Below, piece after piece: positions 10,342 to 21,900 of a DNA stretch of 64,000 nucleotides (position 1 is its first letter; each line of letters begins with the position of its first letter). The notes under the pieces are model-generated. The model was not told where the DNA came from and did not search any database. It saw only the letters and a program-made list of their open reading frames with translations. Source of the DNA: Acidobacteriota bacterium (GTDB taxonomy: Bacteria; Acidobacteriota; UBA6911; RPQK01; JAJDTT01); NCBI GenBank assembly GCA_965263035.1, contig OZ253580.1, positions 4,096,001-4,160,000 on the forward strand, in the 5' to 3' direction. A program made the translations under genes and the position numbers.

Positions 10342-10544
10342 GCTGCTGTCTCCCTGTCGTAACGCCTTGATCAGTGACGGTGTTGTCCCGGACGACTCAC
10401 GAGAGCCTCGAATCCAACAAGCGCGCAGAATATAGCAACCCGGGAGGAGGGACAACTGATCCGATCGGGAATCGGAGATCGGGGATGGGAATTACGAATC
10501 GGGAAATTTACTGCTTATCCTGAGTGGGTTAGACTGGGTCCGCC

Positions 10545-11333
10545 ATGGCGGTTCGGATTCTGCAGCTGAGCGATCCTCACTTGCTGTTCGACCCGGACGC
10601 GCAGCTTCGGGGTGTCCCTACCTATCGATCTTTCCGTCAGGTCCTTCGCCATTTGGATCGAGAGGCCGTCCGTTTCGACTGGATGATCCTGACCGGGGAT
10701 CTGGCCCACGATGAGCAGCGGGCAACCTACCGGCTCCTGAGGCGGACGTTGGAGGAGAGAACCTCGCCCTGGCGGATGATCCCGGGGAATCATGACAGCC
10801 GGGAGTTCTTGCGGGAGGTCTTCCCCGAGTTGTCCGTCCCCGGCCGGGATTTCTTCGGCTTCTCAATGAAAGTGCCGGGCTGGAAGTTGGTGGGGCTGGA
10901 TTCGCGGCTGCCCGGATTCGTCTCCGGACGGGTCGGCCACCGCCAGTTGGCCTGGTTGAGGCGGGAACTGGGGGCGGATCCTGGAGCGCCCACGATCCTT
11001 TTCATCCATCACCCTCCGGTTACCGTCGGGTGTCCCTGGATGGACCGGATCGGCCTGGAGGATGCCGAGCAGCTCTCCCGGGTCGTGGATGCCGCTCCTC
11101 AAGTGCAGCTCGTCTGCTGCGGGCACGTCCATCACGAGTTCCGGGGCCGACTCGGGGACGCGACGGTCTTGGCCGCTCCCTCCACCGCCTTCCAGTTTCT
11201 TCCCGAGGGGGAGAGCCCGGTCTTCGATCCAATACCGCCAGGAGTCCGCATCCTGGAACTGGACGGGTCCCAGTGGAGGACCCGTGTCGTCCGACTTCCA
11301 GACTTGACTTGGGTTCCCGATCCCGACTCCTGA
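10545..11333 (+). CDS. cpdA: 3',5'-cyclic nucleotide phosphodiesterase (Icc/CpdA metallophosphoesterase)
   Basis: SDPH, TGDLAHD, PGNHD, HHPP, GHVH, PST.FQF. Confidence 0.8.
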   Translation: MAVRILQLSDPHLLFDPDAQLRGVPTYRSFRQVLRHLDREAVRFDWMILTGDLAHDEQRATYRLLRRTLEERTSPWRMIPGNHDSREFLREVFPELSVPGRDFFGFSMKVPGWKLVGLDSRLPGFVSGRVGHRQLAWLRRELGADPGAPTILFIHHPPVTVGCPWMDRIGLEDAEQLSRVVDAAPQVQLVCCGHVHHEFRGRLGDATVLAAPSTAFQFLPEGESPVFDPIPPGVRILELDGSQWRTRVVRLPDLTWVPDPDS

Positions 11334-11358
11334 GCGAAAGCCGCAGGCCGACTCCCCG

Positions 11359-14300
11359 TCAGAATCCCGAACCACGTTCCAGAAACAGGAACAGGTTGAC
11401 CAGGTCCTGCAGGGTCATGGTCTCCAGCAGTTCTTCGGGCATGATGGAGATCTGCGAGGTTCGCCGATCGGTGACGAGGTTCTTGGGGATGTCGATTCTC
11501 TCGCCGGAGGCGTCGATAAGGGTCAAGGTCTCTTCGTTTTCATCCGCCAGCATTCCGGTCAACAGCTCCTTTCCCTTCGCCTCGACGATGAGCGCCGTGT
11601 ACTGGTCGGAGATGACCTTGGAGGGGAACATCACGGCTTCGAGGATCTCGGACCGGCGAAAGCGCTTGACCGACGTCGACAGATCGGGGCCGCCGCCCCG
11701 GCCCTCGCTTCCGAACACATGGCAATTGGAGCACTTGGCCCGGTGGAAGACGGCCCGCCCCCGCTCCGCGCTCCCCCTCTCGTAGGAGCCGGGATCGAAC
11801 TCCAGGTAGGTGCTCAATTCCTCGAAACTCATCTGGATGAGCCTCGATCTCTCAGGTGGAGGCTCTCCACTGATGAGTTCCAGGACCCGTTCCGCGCGCT
11901 TCCGCGCCTGCTCTTCCTCCCGCGCTTCGGCTTGAGCCCGCTCCTCCGGCGGAAGCACCGACAGAACGTCTTCCCAGAGCCGGGTGATGTAGCCGTGCAT
12001 GCTGGCCGCTCCCGGCATCTGCCATCCCCGGTCGAACCACTCGACCACGGCGTTCCTCTGATTCCGGCTCCACCCCTGCTTGATGGACCGGAGCGCGTAG
12101 ACCGTATGGATCTGGTCCGGCTGGGACTTCTCCGGCTTCAGTTCCCGGAGCAGAGCCCCGATGGCGCCCGGCGTCTGCAGGAACCCCAGGAGCGTTTCCA
12201 ACTCCCGGTTCACGAGAGAATTGTCTGTGGGATAGAGATCCAGCAGCCGGGAGCCTAGACGGGAGGCGAATTTTTCACGTCCCGGTGTCTCGGGGGCCGG
12301 ATCGCGGAGGAAGGCCAACTGGCAGATTCGCAGGTAGCCCAGTCGAATCTCCTCGGTCATGGGTTGGCGGCCGTACTCCAGGATCTTTTCCAGGACAGCC
12401 TTCCAGTCCGGACCTGGGTTTCGGACCCGGATCAAGGCCAGAAGGCCTTCCAGAGCGGCGCGGGGCCGATCCCGAACAGTGTCTCGCAGGACCAACGAGG
12501 TCCAAAGTGGCGGGTCCATCCGCTCCAGAGTCAGCCGCGCGGCGTGGCGGACGAACCGGTCGGAATGATCCATGAGTCGATACAGGCTCCGAGCCAGCCC
12601 CTCCGGGTTCGGCAGGGACGAGCCGGTATCCAATCCGGCCCGGAGCAGGGATTCCGCGGACCGCCTCGCCACCAGGGGATCGGAGTCGCCCAAACGCTCC
12701 TGCAGGATCGAAGAGACTTGGTGCAGGGGGTGGGTCCCCAGCAGCAGGACGGCGGCCGCGCGGACCTTCGGATCCTCATCCCTGGAAAGCTGGGACAGCA
12801 GCTTCGGGCCGGGCGCCGGCCCCAGGGTCTGAAGCGACTCCAGGGCGCGGACTCGCTGCTGGGAGGGGGACGCCCGGTCGCGGGAAATCCGGACCAGGTC
12901 CTGTTCCCAACGGGGTCCCAATTCGGACTTGAGCCGGGTCAGCGCCAGTTGTCCCCAGGCGGAGCGATGCATGGGCCGGGTCAGGGCCTCGCGGACGCCC
13001 GAGCCGGTTCCTACGGAGGACTCGGCCGTAGCGCCGGCGTAGCGGACCCGGTAGAGCCCGCCGCTGGTGGAGCGTCCCCCCGTGGAGAAATAGAGGAACC
13101 CGTCTGGACCCACGTCCAGGTCGGTCACGTTCAAGGGTTCCCCCGAGACGAAGTCCTCGCCGGAGGCGACGTAGCTGGCCCCGGTCTGCTCCGGGAAGCT
13201 GACCCGGATGCGCCCCCGGGACCAGTCTCCCAGAAAGAGGGCGCCGTGAAATTTCCGGGGGTAGGTCCGGTGCTGGTAGAAGGCGATTCCCACCGGCGAG
13301 CCGCGTCCGAGGCTCTCGACGGCGGGGAGCGAATCGGGGTAGTAGCCGGGGAACTTGCTGGATCCCGTTCGCCACCCGTAGTCTCCTCCGGGGACCGCGT
13401 GAATGACCCGGATGGGCCGGTACCAGGGCAGTCCGAAGTCCCACTCCATGTCCGAGTCGAAGGTGAAGATCTCCCCCTTTGGGTCCAGGGCGAAGTCGAA
13501 GGCGTTCCGGAACCCGGCGCTGAATTGGGTCCACCGGTTGCTGGACAGATCCAGCCGGTGGATGGTGCCCGCGGGCACCCGGATCGAGTTGGCGTGCCCC
13601 CGGGGATCCAGGTAGCGCTCCAGCAGGTGGTCTTCATGGAGTCCCCGGGACGGAGAGCCGGGGTCGACGGTCACGTCGGGGTAGGCGTGGTTGCCGTAGA
13701 GCAGGTACAGGTTGCCGTCCATTCCGGTCAGGATGGCGTGCGGTCCATGCTCTCCGATCCGTCCCCGGCTGGCGGCGATCAGGGTGGTGGAGTCGGCCTG
13801 GTCGTCGCCATCCTCGTCGACCAACCGGTAGAGGCCGGGTCCTTCGGGGCCGTTGGATTGAACCAGCAGGTCTCCGGCGCCGAGATAATGCATTCCGTGT
13901 GCTCTTTGGACCTGGTTCGAGAAGTCCCGGAAGCCTTCGAAACGACCGTCACCGTCCTTATCCAGCAGGATGTGGATGCCGCCGTGCTCACGGGCCACGA
14001 CCGGTCGTCCCAGGTGATCGAAGGTCAGATTGACCAGTGAACCCAGCAGCTCGTCGGTGGCCGCCTGCTCCACTTGGAAGCCCGGGGCGGCCTGAAAACG
14101 ATCCTTGCCTCGCCGGTGCCGGCCGGCAGTCCTTGCGGCTTTGATCTCGAGGTCCTTGAACAGGACCCGCATGGGCGGCCCGGTGTGGAGTTGGAGGGCG
14201 ATGATCCCGGATCTCGACCCCTTGGGATCAGTAATGTCGCAAACCAGGTGGCCGTTGAGTATGAGCCGAACCCGTTGCCCCTCGCAGATGATCTCGTACC

Positions 14301-14802
14301 GGTTCCAGCCGGTCAGGTCGGCGCGTGAGTTGATCGCCGCCTTTTCCTCGGCACTCAGATTCTTCCAATAGTCCATCATGCCGCGTTTGCCCTCGTCGTA
14401 GAGCATGCCGAAGTAATTTGCGTCGGCGATGTCGGCCTGATACCCCTTGACCACGTGGTCGGGGTGCTGCTCGCTGCGGAATTGGATTCCACTGTTCCCC
14501 CGGATCAACTTCACCGAGACTCGCAGGGTGAAATCGCTGAAGCTCCGGGTGGTGGAGAGAAAACTGTTGCGCTTTATCTGTACCTCCTCCGTGGAGCCGG
14601 CGATCACTCCGTTCTCCACCTTCCAGAGCTTGGAGTCGCCGATCCAACCGGTCAGATCCCGTCCGTTGAAGAGCGGAACGAATCCCTCTTCGTCCTGCGA
14701 CGCGCGGGATGGAACGGAGCAGAAGAGAAGCAAGAACAAGGATGCGGCGGCGAGGTGTGGAACACTCTGCCGAAAACCGAACGCTCGGCTTCTGAACTTC
14801 AT
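11359..14802 (-). CDS. Secreted DUF1080 + PVC-type heme-binding (CxxCH) dehydrogenase-like protein with HEAT repeats
   Basis: Signal peptide; LFNGRDLTGW/NSGIQFRS/GIIALQLH (DUF1080); EHGPH, GFRNAFD, DSDMEWD propeller; C-terminal CSNCH..GPDLS..S.MPE. Confidence 0.85.
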   Translation of the reverse strand: MKFRSRAFGFRQSVPHLAAASLFLLLFCSVPSRASQDEEGFVPLFNGRDLTGWIGDSKLWKVENGVIAGSTEEVQIKRNSFLSTTRSFSDFTLRVSVKLIRGNSGIQFRSEQHPDHVVKGYQADIADANYFGMLYDEGKRGMMDYWKNLSAEEKAAINSRADLTGWNRYEIICEGQRVRLILNGHLVCDITDPKGSRSGIIALQLHTGPPMRVLFKDLEIKAARTAGRHRRGKDRFQAAPGFQVEQAATDELLGSLVNLTFDHLGRPVVAREHGGIHILLDKDGDGRFEGFRDFSNQVQRAHGMHYLGAGDLLVQSNGPEGPGLYRLVDEDGDDQADSTTLIAASRGRIGEHGPHAILTGMDGNLYLLYGNHAYPDVTVDPGSPSRGLHEDHLLERYLDPRGHANSIRVPAGTIHRLDLSSNRWTQFSAGFRNAFDFALDPKGEIFTFDSDMEWDFGLPWYRPIRVIHAVPGGDYGWRTGSSKFPGYYPDSLPAVESLGRGSPVGIAFYQHRTYPRKFHGALFLGDWSRGRIRVSFPEQTGASYVASGEDFVSGEPLNVTDLDVGPDGFLYFSTGGRSTSGGLYRVRYAGATAESSVGTGSGVREALTRPMHRSAWGQLALTRLKSELGPRWEQDLVRISRDRASPSQQRVRALESLQTLGPAPGPKLLSQLSRDEDPKVRAAAVLLLGTHPLHQVSSILQERLGDSDPLVARRSAESLLRAGLDTGSSLPNPEGLARSLYRLMDHSDRFVRHAARLTLERMDPPLWTSLVLRDTVRDRPRAALEGLLALIRVRNPGPDWKAVLEKILEYGRQPMTEEIRLGYLRICQLAFLRDPAPETPGREKFASRLGSRLLDLYPTDNSLVNRELETLLGFLQTPGAIGALLRELKPEKSQPDQIHTVYALRSIKQGWSRNQRNAVVEWFDRGWQMPGAASMHGYITRLWEDVLSVLPPEERAQAEAREEEQARKRAERVLELISGEPPPERSRLIQMSFEELSTYLEFDPGSYERGSAERGRAVFHRAKCSNCHVFGSEGRGGGPDLSTSVKRFRRSEILEAVMFPSKVISDQYTALIVEAKGKELLTGMLADENEETLTLIDASGERIDIPKNLVTDRRTSQISIMPEELLETMTLQDLVNLFLFLERGSGF

Positions 14803-14900
14803 GCGGTGACCCCCTTCAGGTTTGTCCCGGTATGCCAATTTCGTATCGGGGAGAACTATTGTCCCGCCGGGTTCGCCTGTCAACCGAGGCCTCGCGCCGA

Positions 14901-14929
14901 TTGACACCGGGTCGGCCGGTCACTACCTT
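14901..14929 (+). promoter_or_regulatory. Putative sigma70 promoter
   Basis: TTGACA-N17-TACCTT upstream of the NIPSNAP gene. Confidence 0.5.
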
Positions 14930-14994
14930 GGTCCGCGTGATCCGGGTCGAGGGGTGCTCTTGCCCGCGACGCGGACAACCGGAGGGGAGCCAAG

Positions 14995-15828
14995 ATGATC
15001 AGTTCCAAGTATTTCCAGTCGCGGAGATTCGTTTGGCTGGGCCTGGCGATGGTTCTGGCGATGAGCTGCACCATGACGGTTCACGACGAGGCCTCCGAGG
15101 CGCCGGCGAGCGAAACGGCGGGGGAGAACATGCAGGAGTACTACGAGCTTCGCGTCTACCGCATCGACAGCCTCGAAAAGCAGGAACTGGCCAGCCGCTA
15201 CCTGGAGACGGCCCTGGTTCCTGCATTGAACCGGATGGGGATCGATCGGGTCGGAGTCTTCACCCTCATGGAACCGGGAGACGACTTCTCCATCTTTGCC
15301 CTCATCCCCTATCCCACCCTGGATCACATGGCTCGGCTGAGCGACGTCCTGGATCAGGATGCGAACTATCAGCCGGCGGCGTCCGAATATTTTTCCGCCT
15401 CCATTGAGGACCCGGCCTACGGGCGAATCGAGAGCAAGCTGATGAAGGCTTTCGCCAGCATTCCGGTCATGGAGCTGCCGGAGCAAACGGCCAATCGGGC
15501 GGCGCGGATCTTCGAGCTTAGGACCTACGAGAGCCATCACGAGAATGCGGCCTATCGGAAGGTGGAGATGTTCAACGAGGGTGAAACTCAGGTCATGCGG
15601 GAAACGGGTCTGGGTCCCGTTTTCTTCGGAGAGGTCCTGGTGGGCCACGACGTGCCCAACCTGACCTACATGCTGTCGAGCGCCGATCGGGAGACGCACA
15701 AGAAGAGCTGGGAGGCTTTCATGGTTCATCCCGACTGGGTCAGGATGAAGGCGATGGACCGTTACAAGGACACGGTCTCCAAGATCACCAACTGGTTCCT
15801 GGTCCCCACCCGCTATTCGCAAATCTGA
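14995..15828 (+). CDS. NIPSNAP family (lipo)protein
   Basis: YYELRVY and RIFELRTYES tandem NIPSNAP domains, KVEMFN.GE, PNLTYM, YSQI end; LAMSC lipobox-like. Confidence 0.85.
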   Translation: MISSKYFQSRRFVWLGLAMVLAMSCTMTVHDEASEAPASETAGENMQEYYELRVYRIDSLEKQELASRYLETALVPALNRMGIDRVGVFTLMEPGDDFSIFALIPYPTLDHMARLSDVLDQDANYQPAASEYFSASIEDPAYGRIESKLMKAFASIPVMELPEQTANRAARIFELRTYESHHENAAYRKVEMFNEGETQVMRETGLGPVFFGEVLVGHDVPNLTYMLSSADRETHKKSWEAFMVHPDWVRMKAMDRYKDTVSKITNWFLVPTRYSQI

Positions 15829-15846
15829 CCACAAGATCAACCCGCA

Positions 15847-18327
15847 GTGGCGGCCTTCGGGCATGGTGTGAGAAAGGGACTCCGATACGCGGCGTGGGCC
15901 TTGCTGGCCTTGGCGCTCGGATCCTTTCTGGCTTTTCGGCATTTTGCCCGGCGGGCGTTGCCCCAGCTCGACGGAACCCGTGACGTACCCGGGCTCCAGC
16001 AGCCGGTCGAGATCGTGCGCGACCGTTGGGGCATCCCTCACATTTTTGCCGGCAGCGATACGGACGCCTATTTCGCTCTCGGCTACGTCCACGCCCAGGA
16101 CCGGCTCTTCCAGTTGGATCTGAATCGGCACGTCAGCCAGGGACGGCTGGCGGAGCTGGTGGGGGAACCGGGCCTGAATCTGGATCTCCTATTCCGTACC
16201 ATCGATCTCCACGGGCCTCCCCGCCGCATGCTGGAGCGGGCCCAACCGCCGGTTCGCTCGGCGGCACGGGCGTACGCTCTCGGCATCAACACCGCCGTCG
16301 TCGATCTGGACGGTGCCCTGCCTCTGGAGTTCACCCTCTTGGGCCATGCTTTCGAGCCGGTCGAACCGGACGATTTCGTGGGGCTGGTGGGGCTCATGAC
16401 CTGGGGATTGAATCTGTCTTGGGAGATGGACCGTTGTTACGAGCAGTTGGCGGCGCGCATGGGTGAAGAGCGTGCTTCGGAGCTTTTCCCCTTCCGTCGG
16501 GGTGGATCGCCGGCGGTCCATCCGTCGACCGGACCGAATTCGCTACCATCTTCGCCCCCCCCGGCCATGAAATCGGCTGCGGTCCTCGATCGCCTTGGGG
16601 AGTTGATTCCCGGTGCCGCAGGTGTTCACTTTCCGGGACGGTTCCTGATGCCGTTCAATGGAACGGGTGGCAGCAACAGCTGGGTGGTATCGCCCCGGCG
16701 CAGCGCGACGGGGCACGCCATCCTGGCCAACGATCCTCACCTGAGATTTTCCCTGCCATCCGTCTGGTATCAGACTCATCTCCGCGCTCCCGGTTTCGAC
16801 GTGGCGGGAGTCACGCTCCCCGGCCTGCCCTTCGTGGTGGTCGGACGAAACCGGAACCTCGCCTGGGGACTGACCAACGTGATGCAGGATGCGGCGGATT
16901 TCTTCGTGGAGAAGCTGGACGAGGACCGTCCCGGCCAAGTCATGTACCGAGGCAAATGGGTGGAGTTGGACAAACGGGTGGAGACGATCCGGGTCAAGGG
17001 TGGAGAATCCCGGTCGCTGGAGGTGCTGTCCACGCCCCATGGACCTCTGGTCAATCACCTGCTTCCCGAGATCCGAAAGCCGGTCTCCTACCGTTGGACC
17101 CTGCATGCCGCGGACCACTCCAACGAGTTGGAGGGGCTGTGGCTTCTGAACCGGGCCCGGAATTGGGAGGAGTTCCGCGCCTCCATGTCGCGGTTCGGCA
17201 CGGCGGCCCAGAACGTGGTCTACGCCGACCGGGAGGGACACATCGGCATGCAGACCGTCGGGGCCTTCCCGCGTCTGGATGGCCGAAACGAGGGGACCCG
17301 CTTCCGGGTGGGCTGGGACGGCAGCGAGGAATGGAACGGGTTCCATCCCTTCGAGGACCATCCGGTCACCTTCGATCCGCCCCAAGGTTGGTTGGCCTCG
17401 GCCAACAATCCCACGGTAGAGGCGCCCGGCCCCTTCTATATCTCCGCCTATTGGGAGCCGGTGGACCGCATCAGCCGGATTCGAGAGGTCCTGGCCTCTC
17501 GCGACCGGCTCTCGGTCGAGGACATGGAACGTCTCCAGGGAGATTCACTTCTGTGGGCGGCCCGGGAGATCATCCCCATGCTCCTGGAGGCATTCGATTC
17601 TCCTCCGCCCGCCGGAGACCCGGTGGGAGAGGCCCTCGGCATATTGCGCGGCTGGAACCATGTGATGGATGCCGGACAGACCGCGCCCACCCTGTTCGCC
17701 GTCTTCCACCGGCAGCTGTTCGAAGAGATCTTCGAGGACGAGCTGGGAGAAGGCCTGATCCGAGACTACCGTTCCCGAGGAAACCTGCCGGACAACATGG
17801 TTCGGACGGTCCTGAAGCGGGGAGCCCGGAGCTGGCTCGACCGGATCGAGACACCGCGCGTCGAGGAGTTGTCCGACATTCTCCGAGCCGCCTTCCGCAA
17901 GGCCGTGATCCGTGTCTCGACCCGTTGGGGTCCCGATCCCGGGAACTGGCTCTGGGGAGACGTCCACACCCTGACCCTGGCCCATCCCCTGGGGCGGACC
18001 TCCGGGCTTTTGGGAAGGTACTTCAACCTGGGACCCTTCCCGGTTCCGGGCTCTAACCGCACCGTGAAGAAGATGGAGTACCGGTCAGACGACTTCCGCG
18101 TCCTGTCCGGCGCCTCCGTGCGGCAGATCACCGACTTTTCGGATCCGGACCGATTCCAGGCCGCGATCCCCGGCGGCCAGTCGGGAATCCCGGCCTCGCC
18201 CCACTACGCCGACCTGGCGGATCTCTGGCTGACGGGCCGGTATCATCCGATCCCGCTGAACCGAGAGGCGATCGCGGAGTCGCACCGCCTGGTCCTTCGC
18301 CCGGAGCTGGCCGCCGCCAGCGAGTAG
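15847..18327 (+). CDS. Penicillin acylase family (S45 Ntn-hydrolase)
   Basis: RDRWGIPHI, AQDRLFQLD, GSNSWVV (Ser nucleophile), LANDPHL, GQSG.P.SPHY; start may be GTG 15868. Confidence 0.93.
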   Translation: MAAFGHGVRKGLRYAAWALLALALGSFLAFRHFARRALPQLDGTRDVPGLQQPVEIVRDRWGIPHIFAGSDTDAYFALGYVHAQDRLFQLDLNRHVSQGRLAELVGEPGLNLDLLFRTIDLHGPPRRMLERAQPPVRSAARAYALGINTAVVDLDGALPLEFTLLGHAFEPVEPDDFVGLVGLMTWGLNLSWEMDRCYEQLAARMGEERASELFPFRRGGSPAVHPSTGPNSLPSSPPPAMKSAAVLDRLGELIPGAAGVHFPGRFLMPFNGTGGSNSWVVSPRRSATGHAILANDPHLRFSLPSVWYQTHLRAPGFDVAGVTLPGLPFVVVGRNRNLAWGLTNVMQDAADFFVEKLDEDRPGQVMYRGKWVELDKRVETIRVKGGESRSLEVLSTPHGPLVNHLLPEIRKPVSYRWTLHAADHSNELEGLWLLNRARNWEEFRASMSRFGTAAQNVVYADREGHIGMQTVGAFPRLDGRNEGTRFRVGWDGSEEWNGFHPFEDHPVTFDPPQGWLASANNPTVEAPGPFYISAYWEPVDRISRIREVLASRDRLSVEDMERLQGDSLLWAAREIIPMLLEAFDSPPPAGDPVGEALGILRGWNHVMDAGQTAPTLFAVFHRQLFEEIFEDELGEGLIRDYRSRGNLPDNMVRTVLKRGARSWLDRIETPRVEELSDILRAAFRKAVIRVSTRWGPDPGNWLWGDVHTLTLAHPLGRTSGLLGRYFNLGPFPVPGSNRTVKKMEYRSDDFRVLSGASVRQITDFSDPDRFQAAIPGGQSGIPASPHYADLADLWLTGRYHPIPLNREAIAESHRLVLRPELAAASE

Positions 18328-18905
18328 CAGCACCGAATTCTTCTGGGGACCCGAAGCGAATCGGGAGAACTTCGACGGGGGAGCGCCGCCCGGGCCCGTC
18401 CGACCCCGGCGAGAGACAGTCGCCGTAACCAAGGGATTCCGGCGGCCTTTTTCAGCAGGCAGAATGCATCAGCCGTCGAATGCCGCGACGATCCCCACTC
18501 CGGTCCTCCGGGCAACTCTCACAGAAAATCGCTCCCTTGCTTGCTTTCCGGAAATTGTCCGGTGTAGCCTGTCATCAACAATTTTCATCGGGTCGCCAGC
18601 AATTTAGTAAGTCCGAAAGATGACGTCGGGGACCCGCCGAGCACGCCGTCCTGAGTTGCCAGTAGGGGGTCCAGCTTGCCGTCATTGATTCGTTTGTCGG
18701 TCAATGCCCTTTCCAGTCCTGTACTCCCGCTAATCGCCGACCGGCAAACCTCTCGCAGTATCGGAACACCTGGAACCGGAAACCCTTCCGGCAGTCGTGC
18801 GACTCGCATCCGCCGTCATCTTGCTCCGGCAAATTCGAGACAGGTCCAGCGCCCTTTCATCCTTGTGGGTGATCCCGAAAATCTTCCAACTTTAGGGGGG
18901 ATGAC

Positions 18906-21900
18906 ATGCGAATTCGGAAACAGATTTTTGGCATCGGTCCCATGAAGTCAGTCGTGGTGTTGGCGGCCCTGTGCGGTCTGCTGCTGCCGTCGATGGTGAC
19001 GGCCCAGACCATGAACAGCGACCTCACGGGGGTCGTTCGGGACTCCACGGGAGGCGTGATCCCGGGCGTTACCGCCATGGCGACCAACGAGAGCAACCGG
19101 GCCCAGCGATCGGCGGTCACCAACGATCTCGGAGTCTATCGCCTCGCCGGTATCCAGCCCGGCACCTACACCGTGGAGGCGGAACTGACGGGATTCAAAC
19201 GATTCGTACAGACCGGCATCGTCGTGTCCCCGGGACTGCTGAGACGCGTGGACATCGTTCTTGATGTCGGGGACGTCACCGACTCGGTGATCGTCACCGA
19301 CGAAGTTCCGGTCATCCAGTCGAACAACGCCACGATTTCGACGGCGCTTCCCTCACAGGTCCGTGACAAGCCCATCGCCAGCATGACGCGAGGGGCGCTT
19401 CTGGGAGAACAGATGATCTGGGCTGCGGGTTCGGCCGCGGGCGGCGTTTACGGGTTCGTCGGCAACCGCGCGGACATGAACCAGTACAACGTCGAAGGCA
19501 TGCAGTACAACTTCATCAGCGCCTCGGTCTCCAACAACATCATCCAGGAAGTCAGCGCCGTGCTGAGCAATGCGCCCGCGGAGTACGCTCGGCCGGTGAC
19601 CCTGAACGCCACTTTGAAGAGCGGGACCAACGAGTACCATGCGGAGTATTGGATGGCCGCGGTCAATCCTTGCCTGAACGCGTTGAGAAGCCCGTTCTCG
19701 CCGGCCCGAGCCAGCCGAGCGCCCTGTGTCACGGCGAAACGGCAGTTCTTCAATGTCGGCGGTCCGATTCTCAAGGACCGGGTGTTCTTCTTCTATTCCT
19801 GGGCTCGGCCGAATTCGTTTTCGAATCTGTCGAACTCCCGGCCCCAATCCTTCCCCAGCCTGCGCATGCAAGGTGGAGACTTCTCCCTGTATCCGTCGAA
19901 GATCATCGATCCTACGACCGGAGAACAGTTTCCCGGGAACGTCATTCCCGCCGGCCGCATCAGTTCCGTCGCGCAGGCGATCATGAACGACTTCATGGGG
20001 AGTTCGGTCAATTACCTCGGTGCTCCGGAGAGCTATACCAACAACGTCCAGCAATTGGCCGGCCGGTATCGTCAGGACAACGACCACAACATCAAGACCG
20101 ATTTCAACGTCGGCGGCAACGACAGCTTCTCCTTTCATGCGGTGCGGCACAAAGTCCTCAGCAACACGGATCGCCACCACCCGAGCACCGGAACCAGCAA
20201 CGCCCTGCACACGACTCTGCAGGACAACGTCTTCAACTGGCAGTCGGGCGTGACCCACAGCCATGTCTTCGGGCCGGGCGTGGTCAACCAGATGCGATTG
20301 GGCGCGACCCGTTTCGTTTACATCCACCGGCAGTTGAAGGACTGGGAAGGGGACGCCGAGAGCGCGCAGGGTCCGGAATTTGTGGACCGCTGGGGTCTTC
20401 AAGGAGTCGCGGTGCCCGACCTTTCGGGAATGCCCCATATCAACATCGCCAACTGGCTGCGGACCTATTCCGACAACGAGAGCGCCACTTATGACACCAG
20501 GTATTCGTTCTTCAACGACCTCTCGGTGACCGAAGGTAACCACAACATCAAGATCGGCGTTTCGGCGGTTAAGCTGCTGCACGACGGTCCGGCCAATGGG
20601 TTTTACTTCGGCAACTTCAATTTCAGCAACATATTCACCGGAGCCCAGGTGGCCAAGGACCCCATGACCTGCGCGGCCCCGGCCGTCTGCGGAGATGGTT
20701 TCGCAGACTTCCTGCTGGGTTTGCCGAGTTCCCAGACTCGGTATCAGCCCCGTTCCGTCATCGCTCGCCGGAAATGGGAGTGGGGGGCGTTCATCCAGGA
20801 CGATTTCCGGATCAACGACAAGTTGAACATCTCCTATGGACTGCGCTGGAGCCGCTATACGGTTCCCTACGACAAGAACGGAATGTACTACAACTTCGAC
20901 CCGGACAGCCTCTCCATCGTGGTGCCGAACGAGTTCGCCCGGGAGCGGATCCATCCCTCTTGGCCGACCCACACCTTCCCCATCAAGTTGGCCGGTGAGG
21001 CCGGGTTCCCGGGCAAGCTGATCGAAGGCTCCAACAGTTGGCAGCCTCGCGTCGGATTTGCCTATCGAATGACTCCGAAAACGGTGCTTCGCGGAGGCTG
21101 GGGGATCTACAACGGAGCTTCCCGCTTCCTGCCGCTCCAGGCGTTCGGTCCCTTCGTGGTTTCCGAGAGTTTCACCAATGAAGTCCGTACGGGCAGCCCC
21201 ACGGGCACCTTGTATTCTTGGCCCAACGCTTTCCCCACGGCCTCGGACGTCATCACCGTCAGCAGCGCCTTCGGGTTCGCCAAGGACTATCACGAAGCGT
21301 GGACGCACAACTGGAACGTGACCTATGAACGGGAAATCGCCACCAACTGGGGCGTGCAGGCCACTTATCGGGGAGTGAAGAGCAATGATCTGCTCTGGGG
21401 CCGGAATCTGAACGCCATCATGGCCAGCGGCACTCCTTGGAGCCGGGATCGGTTGCCCTGGCCGAATCTCGGCAGCGTGAACTTCGTCGAGAACGGCGGA
21501 GACAGCATCTACAACGGGATCGAGTTCCGGCTGACCCATCCCTGGGTCAACGGCCTGCACTCACAGCTCTCGCTGACCAAGCAGTGGTCCGGGGGCCTGA
21601 ACGCGCCCATCTGGGCCACCGATCAGGGGATCACCTGGCCCGAGTATCCCTTCGACCTCGACCGCGACCGGGTGGCGATGGCGACACCCTGGCCCAGCCA
21701 CGACATCCTCTGGAACTTCATCGCGGAGATGCCGTTCGGCCGCGGCAAGCGGTTCTTCGCCGACCTGAACCCGGTGATGAATGCGATCGCCGGAAACTGG
21801 ACCTTCACGGGAGCCTTCTCCTGGCGGTCGGGAATCGGGCTGACGCCAAACTGGGGCGGGGTCGACTTTGCCAACTACGGCAGGTTCGGCGGCCGTCCCA

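Noticed and set aside
18610-18690. c-di-AMP (ydaO) riboswitch
   Set aside because: Only GGGGACCC and GTAGGG fragments resemble it; the GCTGAATCC and CCGTCAGCTAA elements are missing
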